Assembly (NCBI GenBank): GCA_977016875.1
Contig: CDRNST010000302.1
Coordinates: 310,001 to 374,000 of the forward strand
Source of the DNA: Pavona decussata
Lineage: Eukaryota
DNA: 64,000 nt
Direction: 5' to 3'
This document shows positions 48,104 through 60,349 of this stretch, in pieces; position 1 is the first letter of the stretch, and each line of letters opens with the position of its first letter. The notes under the pieces were generated by a model. It did not search any database and was not told where the DNA came from. It saw nothing but the letters and a program-made list of their open reading frames with translations. A program made the translations under genes and the position numbers.

Positions 48104-49683
48104 GTACAGGCCCGCAAATGATCCCCGGACCATAAAATGATCCCCAAATTGAACCGCAAATGATCCCAGGACGGGAAATGATCCCCATATTGGACCGCAA
48201 ATGATCCGCGATCGCCTTACCATAAATATAGAATGGAATGGACTCAAATTTGGACAGTGGATTTAAACTTTATAGAATTCTTTTTTTTTAATAACACCAC
48301 TCGTTATTTTTAAGCTATCTGCATGCAAATTTCTCACCTTTAAAAATTATAATATAGCAGCACAGTACAACAGAACAACTTACCCATAAACTGTAACATA
48401 CATGTATATGATGTACTTATAACATTAAAATGCCTAAAATGTGCACGAATTGTACGAAACTCTTCCAAATCAAAGAGCGGGTAAGTGAAGACTTTCGCAA
48501 GTTTTATTTTATTTTATTTATTTTTTTTCGAAAAAGAAAGGAGAATCGGTCAATGCACTTCAGATGGGGGTCAAATCTCACCCACTATCGTCGCCTTTGT
48601 TCTTAATCGGATCTTAGTCTTAAGCATAACGTTTAAGCCTCGGTCGTCCAATACGTTATCGCGTAATATGTTGATTTTGTCTTTCGTTTTCGTTTTGCCG
48701 CTAGTTGGACTCCCAGACTTCTTTTTTCTATTTTTTTTTTACAAAACACTCTGTCGTCGGCATAGACATACAGAAGACCATTGCCCCCCTCCGCATGGCG
48801 AACCGCATTCCTTAGCGACCGATTTTGCCATCCAAATTTTCCCTCGATCACTACAGGAGGCATATTGTTTACGGGAGTGCTGTTGATAGTTTAAAACCAC
48901 ATTTTCGGTGCAATACGAGTCTCACCCATCCCATTGTAAAAAGTTCACAGCAATCAACATTCACTAACTGCGTGCAGTCGATTATTTCCGGTTCAGTCAA
49001 AAGCCTTTGAACAATTGAAAAATCCGGAGTAAAATAAAGTGATCGTCGATGTTCAGCGAGTATTAAACACGGCAAAGCAAAGGCGACACACCCGATTGCT
49101 CGTCCTTTACTGGCGATACACCCGAGATAAGAACGACCGAGTTCAAAATCTCCCTCTGAAGAAATTTCTATTAAATATATCAGCTGAGTTAGCCGGCTCA
49201 CGAAGCAAAGGCGACGCACCCAATTACTTATTGTTCTCAGGCGACACACCTGATAGCCTGCGAACGTAGACGTATTCGGCGGCGGTCGAGAGAATTCCGG
49301 CGGAGAAAATCTCGACAGCCCTAAATACGTCTGCGTTCGCAGGCTAAACACCTGAGAGAACAACTGGCATGTATGTTCCAGTTTATATAAAGTAAATTGT
49401 TCTGTTGCACTGAGCTGCTACATTATAATTTTTAAAGTTGTGAAATTTATATGTATATAGCTTAATACTCCGCCCCGTAACGACTGGTATTATTAAGAAA
49501 ATAAAGCGAAGTGTACAAAATTTAAACCTACTGTCCAAATTTGAGTCCATTCCATTTAATATTTATGGTGAGGCGATCGGGGATCATTTGCGGTCCAATA
49601 TGGGGATCATTTCCCGTCCGGGGATCATTTGCGGTTCAATTTGGGGATCATTTCCGGTCCGGGGATCATTTGCGGGCCTGTAC
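48104..49683. mobile_element. Nested non-autonomous element with ~300-bp TIRs and subterminal aaatgatccc repeats
   Basis: 48104-48404 is the reverse complement of 49368-49683. Confidence 0.8.
49254..49346. mobile_element. 93-bp palindromic MITE, TAG...CTA termini, 9-bp TSD
   Basis: tagcctgcgaacgtagacgtatt / aatacgtctgcgttcgcaggcta; TSD cacacctga / aacacctga. Confidence 0.8.
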
Positions 49684-49689
49684 GATCTT

Positions 49690-49964
49690 TGAAACATTTC
49701 AGTGAATGTTTTAAACATGAGGATCTTGTCATAGCAAGGCCGACATATATTTACGAAGGCAACCCGTCAGCGATGTCACATTTAAATCCCGTAAGCCTCT
49801 GTAGGAGAACTAAAATAAGAAAAAAATATATACAGATTCCTTCGTGGTTTTGGTCCGCGAAGATCAATAGGATGTTTTTGTTCGAACACATTGTAATTGC
49901 AGCATCTACACACATTGTAATCAATAGAAGACTTCACCAGTTTTCTTGGCGTAGTGTCCGCCAT
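49690..49964 (-). pseudogene. 5' remnant of the second (probable transposase-side) gene of the AcademH-like element
   Basis: MADTTPRK...VCRCCN start ~140 bp inside the right TIR, pointing inward, then frameshifted and truncated. Confidence 0.4.
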
Positions 49965-52093
49965 ATTGAAGTTCTTCTTAACTTCCGGTCATTTTTATTG
50001 TTTTCATATGCACCAATCACAGTTGATCCTCCAACGGAACTCTCGAGAGTCGCTCGTTTCGTCAAGCCTGCGCAGTAAGGAACGAAGACTCGAGGAACGA
50101 GATTGCTAACGACAGGACTTAATTTGCTTCCTTTACTACTACGCATACGTTCTGCGCATGTCGGGATAGTCTGGTTTCTTATTGACGGTACCTAGTAAAA
50201 CAAAGATATTTTTGCGCAGTTTTTGATTACGACAATTCGTTCGGAGGGGATTTTGCTTAAAAATGGGCTCGCTAACCGCTAAGAGAAAACCCTAGGCTTA
50301 TCGTGCCGTAGCAATAACTTTGCTAATATTGCTTCCTTATCCTTTACATTAAGACAGGCGAAAATTTGGGCTCCGCTCGAAGTGACCGTCTTTAATTTGA
50401 AATTGACCATAATCATGTTCTAATCCCTGCGCCTTTTTAAAAGCTATCTGTTAAAACTTTTTTCGAGGTGTTAGGAAAAGATTTTGTTCATTTTACCCTG
50501 CGCAGGTGGCGGTTTTTGGAGGCCCGCTGTGGAGCCGCAAACCCGAGCGGCGAAACTTTCCACGGCATTGCCACACGTTTTTGCGGTTCCACCGCGGGAA
50601 ACCAAACCTGAACTAAACCGCCAGCTATCCAGACTAGTTCATCTTGGTGCGGAAACTGCCGGAAAGAATAAATTCGTGCCCTCGGTTTTTTGTGATTCAT
50701 ACTAAAGTAGAAAAAAGAGGTGAAAGTACTGGTGCCGAACTAGAAGGGAATATTAAGAGCCATTTCTCCTCACTCATAAAAAAGCACATCTGTTCGAAAA
50801 AAGTATCATGTGATTTTGTATTAATCTGGAGATTCCACCGAAAATGAAAATAATCACCAAGTTTCTTTTGAAAGGGGTGTGATGACTGAAATAAAATTTT
50901 AAAAAGCTTTAGCTCAGGGAAGCGATGAACAGCTTTTCGATAATTTTTTGATCACATTCTATACCAATTCAATTTATCGTATTGGGCATTGGTTTATCTA
51001 CGTGTTCTAAACCCAAATAAAAAAACGAGTCCTTATTATCCTTAGAAATTTTCAAAATGATAAGATCTTTTTATCTTCCAAATTTCAGTTCAGTGCCATT
51101 GAATTTGTTAAAGTTATCTAGAATAAACCATTTTTTCCTCTTAAAAGCCCTTGACCCAGGCCTTAAACTGCTTGAGCTATTAATGACTGAACTGTATCTC
51201 CTACGTCAAGATGCATCTTGCTGTAAAGTGGTAAGCTTCCTTGAAAAAAGAATGATTACTTTTTATTTGACTGAACACGAGAAGATTTTGAACAGATCCC
51301 GATATCCCGCCATTAAGCAAAGGAATTTACTCTTTGAACAGTACATGTCTCACTTCTTTATTTAAGAGCAACAATTAAAACAAAAGTGTTCACATGAGTA
51401 TTTTTTTAAACTGAAGCAATACTTTGTACTTTCAAGTTAAAACGAAAATACAACATGAAAAAGTACTTTGAAAAAATATACAGCTATTTTACAGAAGCCT
51501 CAATTACGAAAACATCACTCTTACTCCTGTTTGACCAAAACAATAACTTTTACAATGATTAAAAACAATAATATCAAGGCCTAATTAGTATTGCACAACT
51601 CACTGTAAATATATTATCTTATTTACCATCTACATGTGCAGTCGAACCTCAGAGAGCTAACACCGCTATTAACCTTTTACTTCCAAATAGATCATTGAAG
51701 TTTGAATCTTAACGAATAAATTAAAGAATTTCGTTTGTAAAATACCAAGAAACAAACGGCAACACATGAAAGTGATTCTCAACAACTTTCATTTCAATGT
51801 TAAAACTTAGTTTGAGTCATTCATTGGAAAACACATAAGGCAGGTTCTGTCTGACTCTAAGACCGAAGGCGTTCTTTGCCTGGTGCACAATTTATTTGCA
51901 GAGAAGTCCTTTCTTTTTGTTATGTAAGTCAAAACAATATATGTGAGACCTCTTTAACGCCACTTCAATTCTTAAGCCACCACTTTTTGTAGTATTTCAG
52001 ATGGTCACTCACAAGAAGTCCTACTCGAAACACCGTAAACGTGTTTTGTTCACCTATCGGCTCATGATTAACGCCTAGACCAAGTACTAGTAA

Positions 52094-55000
52094 CTAGTAT
52101 TTTATTTTTACTGCTTTATTGACTTTGCTAACATCAGAAAAGTAAACAACACCAGAAAGACCGATAGCCCTGTTCAGTGTCAAATCCAAATTAGTCAGGG
52201 AGGAGTTTACTATGAGGGCCTGGGAAAGGGATTCAGCACCGGCATCACCAATACGGTTTCCACTCAAATTGAAATTAGCCAGGGAGGAGTTTACTATGAG
52301 GGCCTGGGAAAGGGATGCAGCACCGGTATCACCAATACTGTTGTTACTCAAATTCAAATTAGTCAGGGAGGAGTTTTTTGTAAGGGCATAAGAAAGGTTT
52401 GCAGCACCGGGATCACCAATACTGTTGTCACTCAAATCCAAATTAGTCAGGGAGGAGTTTGCAGTGAGGGCCTGGGAAAGGTATCCAGCACCGGTACCAC
52501 CAAATCTGTTGAAACTCATATTCAAATTAGTCAGGGAGGAGTTTTTTGTAATGACACGAGAAAGGGATGCAGCACCGGTATCACCAATTCTGTTGAAAGT
52601 CAAATCCAAATTAGTCAGGGAGGAGTTTACAGCGAGGGCCTGGGAAAGGGATTCGACACCGGTATCACTAATACTGTTGTAACTCAAATTCAAATTAGTC
52701 AGGGAGGAGTTTACTGTGAGGGTCTGGGAAAGGGATTCAGCACCGGTATCACCAATACGGTTCTTACTCAAATTCAAATTAGTCAGGGTGGAGTTTCCTG
52801 TAAGGGTCTGGGAGAGGGATTCGACACCGGTATCACAAATACTGTTGTGACTTAAATTCAAATTAGTCAATGAGGAGTTTACTGTGAGAGCGTGGGAAAG
52901 GGATTCAGCACCGGTATCATCAATACTATTGTAACTCAAATTCAAATTAGTCAGGGTGGAGTTTCCTGTTAGGGTCTGGGAGAGGGATTCGACACCGGTA
53001 TCACAAATACTGTTGTGACTTAAATTCAAATTAGTCAATGAGGAGTTTACTGTGAGAGCGTGGGAAAGGGATCCAGCACCGGTATCACCAATACTATTGT
53101 AACTCAAATTCAAATTAGTCAGGGTGGAGTTTCCTGCTAGGGTCTGGGAAAGGGATTCGACACCGGTATCACAAATACTGTTGTGACTTAAATTCAAATT
53201 AGTCAATGAGGAGTTTACTGTGAGAGCGTGGGAAAGGGATTCAGCACCGGGATCACCAATACTGTTGTGACTGAAATTCAAATTAGTCAGGGAGGAGATT
53301 CTTGTAAGGGCCTGGAAAAGGGATTTAGCACCGGTATCACCAACACTGTTGTGACTCAAATTCAAATTAGTCAGGGAGGAGTTAACTGTGAGGATCTGGG
53401 ATAGGGATTTATCACCGGGATCACAAATACTGTTGCAACTCAAATCCAAATCAGTCAGGGAGGAGTTTGTTCCAACAACTTCAAAGAATAACTCATCCAA
53501 ATCTAAACAGTTTGTTAATTTTAAAGTTTTGATATTAAGGTTCGTACCTAATATATCAACTAATTTAGACCTAAGGTCTTTCTGATGGATTGTTAACTGC
53601 GAAATACAGCTTAAAGCAAACTGCAGATATGAGTTAGCGTTAGATTCGTCACCAAAGACGTTTACTAATAAAGCTGCCTTACTCACAAAAGACACCGCTT
53701 TTTCTTCACTTTGGGAGGCTGCAATTCCAGTCATAAACTGGAAAACCTCTTTCAGATCACGCAAATATCGTTTATCAGTCACTAAATAATCAATATCTTC
53801 GTCGCTAATCTCAAACGCGAGATAAAGGCCGGAGAAGAACTCCTGAAAGCTCTTGTGAAAAAATCCACAACGAAGACAAGGTTTCCTCTTAGTAACACCT
53901 GGCTGGATTGTCAGAAACCCAAACTTGATTAGCAGACTGAAAATGGCGTCACCAGATTCGTTTACTTCGAAATCTAACTCTCCTTTACGAAGAGCTTGAT
54001 AGGCCATGCGTCCCAGATAAATCAGTGCTTTTTTGTAAACTGATATAAGATCTTCGCTGTTGCTTGACAATCCGTTCTTTCTTTCGTATCTTCTCAAAAC
54101 GAACAGAACAATTTCAATGTACAATTGAGTTCGATTCTTGGGAAGCCTGCCGTTGAAATCTTCATAAAGAATACAGATTAAAGTAGTATGGAGAGGGTTT
54201 GTTGTAAGTTGCGACAAGTCTCTTGATATGAAATCAGCATACCTGGATTTAGAATACCAAAGTTGCTCCATAAGCTTGTCAGCCAAGTGTTTCTTTCCTA
54301 TGTTCTTGAAGTACTTCGCTATGAAACTCTGTGCATGTCTTTTGGTAAACCCGACAATCTCCCACAGCGTGTCACAGTATCGCCTTACCTTCTTTCCAGT
54401 TTCATGACGAGATGTAAGAACAATGTGACTATTTGCAAACTCATTACTGTTAAGAAGGTTTTCAATCACTTTTAGTTTACTGGCGTCCACTTCATCTACT
54501 CCGTCGAGTACTAACAGAACTTTAAGCTGATTTTCGCTGATAAATTGAAAGAAAACCTCTTTAGCTTCTTTGTTTACATCGTAAGGGAGAATTTGATCAT
54601 CAATGGCTTCCTTAATGCTAGATGATTTGATATCACGGCATCTTAAAAGCAACAGCACATCAGTCTCGGGGAAAGACTCGTCCCATTCATCTTGTTTAGT
54701 TGCCCAGTCATAAGCCAGCTTTTGACAGTAGGTCGTCTTTCCCATGCCAGGATCGCCCTCGATCAGCACAGTCCGTGGCTTTTGGCAATCTTTGTGAGCT
54801 TTGAAGATAGCTGTCATGTTGGTGATTTCATTAGTTAATTTTCCTTGTGTCTTTTCTCTGCCAGCAATCCTTAGCCTTGTGAAAATGTTGTTCAGATGAA
54901 AGCTAAAGTCCTCACACCAAGGAATTGGCAAAAGCCATTCTTCGCGGGTTTTGTTACGCTGACGGATACTCTTTATAATGTAAGTTGGATATGACGCATC

Positions 55001-57359
55001 TAAGGAAAAAAAGGAACAAGAATGTCGTTTTAATACACCCAAGGTTATGTCATAAATATTGTCTTGCCAGTTGTTTGGTCACCAAGAATCCCTGTACTAC
55101 CTACAACGACTATACGAGTATCTGCAACCCTGTACATCGCGGTACTCAAAGATTATTTGTATAGTTTAACTCGGTAGAAATTTGACCATTCGAAGGTCTG
55201 GGTTGTTGTAAAATTCCAAGTCATTAGGGGAAAGTAATGTGATCCATATAAGTCGCAGCTGATACACGTACCCACTTTCTTTGCCTCCCTCTGATCGATT
55301 TATAATATTACGAAATCAAAAACATCTTACAAAAATTACACCACAGGTATCTCCGGACCCTTTGGATTCTCTACTGTTTCCCTAGAAAGGATTTTAGAAA
55401 CTTCTTTGGCCACTCTTTTAAGCTGCGGGAATACTTTCAACCAACACAGAGTTGCCTTAATGGCGCAGTTGGAGATTGGCCTGAACATGAATATATTTAA
55501 TAGATGATCCGAATCCTGAAGTTACAAAAATCCCTGTAGTCGTATGTTTTTATAAAGGCAACATTTTAACTCTAGATGACACCAGGAGCCGCTTAATATA
55601 AAGAAAAAGGGAAAAAATGTTTGACTGGAGACCCTTTTTTGTCATATTAATCCGCAACATAGCATTGACGACTTTAAGTAAGACTAAAAGATGTGTCATA
55701 TCATACCTTCATAGTGTGGCCACGTACGGAAAACACAAGAATCACTCAGAATGTGTGCTACAACAGAAGCTGCCATCACACTAGCAAAAGGACTCCAACT
55801 CTCTGTTGTTGACTTGGTACCATCTGCATAATCAGCTATTCCTTTCACAATGAGCCACTCAATCTGATCATCAAATGCTGCTGTAAAAACGCCTGCATTA
55901 TATACAAAGAATTTTTTAACAATGCATTTAAGTGGAAAAATTCATAAGAAGAAAGGTGGCAACATGTAAAATGATGTGAGAAACACTGGATGTAACGCAT
56001 GCATAATTACCGGTACTTGCAGCAACATCACTGTTCTAAGAAACAGGTTGAACAGCATGTACTAGTTAGAGACAGTGTTCCTCCCGTGGCTATCATTGAA
56101 TTCATAAATTTTATCAATATACTTGAGGTAACTATAGGATTTAAATAAAAGCGATAAAGGAAGCTACTTTACTCATTTAGAGAAACTTGACAATCCTTTC
56201 ACTTAAAAATCCAGAATAAAGGGAAAAAAGCATGGGCCGGTTTTTAGGAGAAGAGAAGAATATAGTGGTAGATCAAACTCCTGTTCAACAAATGTTGAAC
56301 AGTGTGTCATGCAGTGTTGAATGTTGAAATAGGCCGTTCAACATGTTGAACTTAACGTTGATGAACGTTGTTGAACGAAATAGAGAAGAGTTCTATTCCA
56401 TTCAACAAGTTGCCACTTGTTGACCGGCTCTAACCAGTCGGTGAAATTGGTGATACACGGTTCAACATCGTGCAACATTTGTTGATCAACAGAATGTTGG
56501 AAGATGTTGTACCCGTGTGACTCTTCGAGGTTTTTGGAAATTGGATAAAACATTCTTCCGAGTGTTTTATAAAGCCTCTCAAACCAAACCAAATTATGAT
56601 AATTAAGATCACTTTTCCGAATCCCTTTCACGGTAGTTATTTTTCTTTTTTACCCGTCTCTCTCTCTTAAAACTCACCTTCTCCTTCCCTTTCAATAGCA
56701 ATTGCTTGAGGATTAGATTCAGCAAGCTTCTTACGACGCGATTCAGCGCTGACCAGTTCTGGACCACTCAGAAATTCGCCATCGCAATGAACATTGGGTT
56801 CGTGAGCTTGAGCATTGTTCAGAGGAGCCTTAAAACCATCAGCTGAATGCTTGATGACGTAAAGAAACCGTCTACTCACATAACTTCGCATGCCAGTTGA
56901 CAGTTCTTTTAATTTTGCAGAAACAACAACGTCGCCAAGCTTGGCTTTCTCGGGGTTGAGACTACTGCAGGTTCCCACTGAAATGACAGCCTTTGGCCGA
57001 AGCACAGGTACAGCATTCTTGAGAGTAATCAAAGCACCACCAGGACCACCGGATCCCTCATTCGATCGTATTAAGGCCACTTTCACTTTGTTACTGGCTC
57101 CTGCGTTCTCGAAATACACGTAGCCAATGTTGTCATACCAACATCTAAAGGGATTGACCAACTGCTTGTAACAGGCCAAGAACTCACAGTCTTTAACAGT
57201 CAGCAACAGAAAATCAACAGGAAGAGGAACCTCATCGGGTTTCTTCATTGTTGTTTCAACATCTTGCATGGATGGCAGGCGTTCATTTAGTTGAGGTGGG
57301 TCAACTTCAAGGTGAGTTGTCTTTGCATTGTCACCATTGTTGCTTGGAGCCCTTGACAT
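52094..57359 (-). CDS. NLR-like immune receptor B: PNP_UDP/ATP-nucleosidase-like - NACHT - 16 LRR; exons 57359-56678, 55892-55707, 54999-52094 (~1257 aa)
   Basis: Same splice sites and phases as paralog A (186-bp middle exon in both; 3774 nt total); same PNP, Walker A/B and winged-helix motifs. Confidence 0.87.
52100..53460 (-). repeat. 84-bp coding tandem repeat (16 LRR units), including a thrice-repeated 168-bp doublet
   Basis: SHALTVNSSLTNLNLSHNSICDTGVESLSQTL(A/T)GNSTLTNLNLS occurs three times. Confidence 0.95.
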
Positions 57360-60349
57360 GCTTCTCAAAGCTAAACGAACAAAGATTTCAACAGGACAGA
57401 TTGATACATTGCTGTTCGTTCATTTACAATGATAATAACACATTCCATAAATAATGGAGGACAACTTAAGCTTAGTAACCATTTTGAGTTAATTAGTGGC
57501 AATAGAGAATGTACTATAATATGAGACCGATCCCACGGCAAATCAGCAGATAACAAGAGTCGGCGTTTTTTTTCCTGTAAGCTTGTTTCTACGTACCTCA
57601 GAAAGCTCTTGAAATGGTATCAGGTATAACTCTGTTCCTTGTACGAAATCTGTACCCGCACATGGCGTAAAACAACGTGTTAAGTAGGAAAAAAACAAAG
57701 CTAAAGCCACAATATTGTTTATCAATGAGTTCACACACACTCAGAAACAACATTCTCAACTGTGTAGCTATCAAACTCATACGCAACTCTATACTCGCAG
57801 TTTTAGTCAAAACCCAGAGTCTTTCTTGACAGTCAAATGCTTTTATTTGCAAGTTTGTTTTTCTTCAGGAACGTTGCAAACGTATTATTAAGATGACTGA
57901 TACGAGCCATTTTGGTTTTTTTCTTATAATGGTGAATTGATAGGAATAATGGCGAAGCATGTAGAGTTGTTTCTTTGAAATCAGGGCTTTACCAACTTAC
58001 ATTCTTGTAATAGATGTTCAGTTCTCTCAAGCATCATCCAGAATGTGTTGAATCAAAGAGAATTCACGCCTTCAAGGTAAATGAAGGAAGGAAGAAAAGG
58101 AAAATTAGGAGTGAAAGCCTGGTATTGGAAACCTTCTCATATTTCTCACTTTATAGGAAGTCAGTAACTTAGGTTGAACCAACACACCAGTTTTATTCCA
58201 GGAATAAAAATCACCACTCGTGATTTAGTGCATTATCAATCAGCAAGAATGTTCTCGGGAATGTTACTTTTTAAAGCAAAGCGTTCCTAAACTTTTTGTA
58301 ACATTTCCATTGAATTTGTTGTATAGGCCAACTAATACCTCCACTCCAAGAATAGGTATCTCTTTGAATTAGCTGAAGAATTATTAATTAAATAATGAGT
58401 TAAAATCATTATAGAATTAAGCCTTGTCTACCGAGAAAAAAAAGCCATATTGGAAGATCTTTTGAGTGAAAAAAAAATCTGGCTGTAGTCTTTTTGGAAC
58501 CATCCAAAAACCACCTATGCATAAACGCAAAAGCGAGACAAGGCGAAAAGTTACTGTTAAAGGCCATCAAATTTGATAGAAACTCGAGATAAGCACTTCG
58601 ACGTTCTTAAAGACTTTTTTAGTCTTGACAAGCTTTAACGTAGTAATTGAAATGTAAATATTGTCATTTACTTAGACAATATGGGTACTTACTCCATTTT
58701 GTTCTTGCTAGCTTGGCATGGCTACATGGTCAGCCATTGAAGTAACTTGGAGTTCAACAAATCTCTGCTTTATTTCAGCACAGGATCATGAAGTCTATAA
58801 AACATTTTATTAATGTGTATGAGGATCATTGATTAACAATGTAGCTGACAGAGAAAAATTTACGTCCAGATTTAATTCCTTTCAAGCGCTGTTCCGAATC
58901 ATGCAAGGGAGTGTTTTCCTTTAAACGAACATAAAGCTAAGTGCTCGCTAAACAATGGCAATAAAATGTGATCTAATCAACAAAATTTTATTCCAGCTTG
59001 TTGCTAGAAAATAACTGCTAAGAAGAGCCAGTGGAGTGTTATTGAAATGTAATGTGTTCTTTAATTGCTCTTGGTATAAAAACATTCATCAAAACAAGTA
59101 TTTTGGTCTTCCTGGATTTAAATGCGAGACGTATATCAACCTATTCTATCAACAGATTTAAATGTGTTTTTACTGTTACTAACTGAGTTTTGCCAATTTT
59201 ATTTCTCTTTCTCACTGGGATAAAAAAAAAAGGTAAAAAAAATCAGTAAACAATAAAGCAACCCACGTCACTTATTTTGCTATACACTTAGTGATACTGC
59301 AGCGCGTCATAAGACATGACCTACCTACTTGCAATTTCCCAGGAATGTACTCCAGAATCTAGAATCTGCTGGAGGCGCCAAGTGTTTCGCCCTTCAAAAT
59401 AAAGAAAAAAATGATCTAAATGAAACAAATAGTAACTCAAAAAGGTAAGGTTTGTGATTGTGATACTTAAGCAAAAGTTGCTATAAACGTTAGATAAGAA
59501 GTCACCAAGTGTTTATTTAAAGTAAGCAGAGGTTCAAAGTTGGTACAAAATAACGTACATACAAAGAATTACAGGAAGAGAGAAATTTATTACTGAATCG
59601 TAGTACATGGTCAGAAAGTCTGTGCATGGGCTTTACTGTCGATGTTTACTTCTTTAACTTGAAAAATAAGAATAGAACAAGCTTTGACTGAAGAATGTTT
59701 GTTTTGTGGCTGGAGGCTACATGTTTTCTTGTTCTCCTCACTCCCGAGTACAATGTGCGTGATTTCTACTTCAGAGCATCTGGGCAATTGAATGGTTAAT
59801 TTTCTAGATCTGCTTTTTGTGAAAAGCCCTTGATCCCCGATTCAAAACTTGGAAGCCAAAATGTTTATTTTATCTTTGCTGGATCCACAAGAATGGTCAT
59901 GTTGTTAAAGATTCCCCGACACTTGTGTTCTATTTAGAACACAATGACATGGTTGCAGGTTCCATTGTGGCCAAATTAGTGAAGACAAAAACGTGTACAT
60001 AATCTAGTGAAGCATATAAACCTTAGGAAACACTTCCAGAGTAGGGCTCAGTCACATTTTTTTCCCGGGATCAGAAGCCTTGCTTTGGTGGTAAAAATGC
60101 GACTGCTAAAAAAAGGCAGATGTTTCGTGCCTAGTTTTCATAATTCAAGCACCTGGAATAGTAATGTAGAAAAAAAAGGGAAGGCGCGTAGGATGAAAAA
60201 TTTGAATATTCATTTGAATGGAAGTTGTTTTGTTGATAATAGCCGGCGTGGATTTTGTTTTACTGTGCGACATTAAATTTCCGCGTCATTGCATCCTTCA
60301 ACTTTCGGCAAAACATTCAGTGGCCAACATTGTAGGTTATTTCGTTAAC

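Larger units (their letters stand above)
45744..50105. mobile_element. Internally deleted AcademH-like DNA transposon
   Basis: Imperfect TIRs (gagtcttcgttcc...gaaacgagcgac at both ends); 9-bp TSD ctgacgaca 45735-45743 / ctaacgaca 50106-50114; RecQ-like gene on + and a convergent Cys-rich ORF start on -. Confidence 0.75.
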
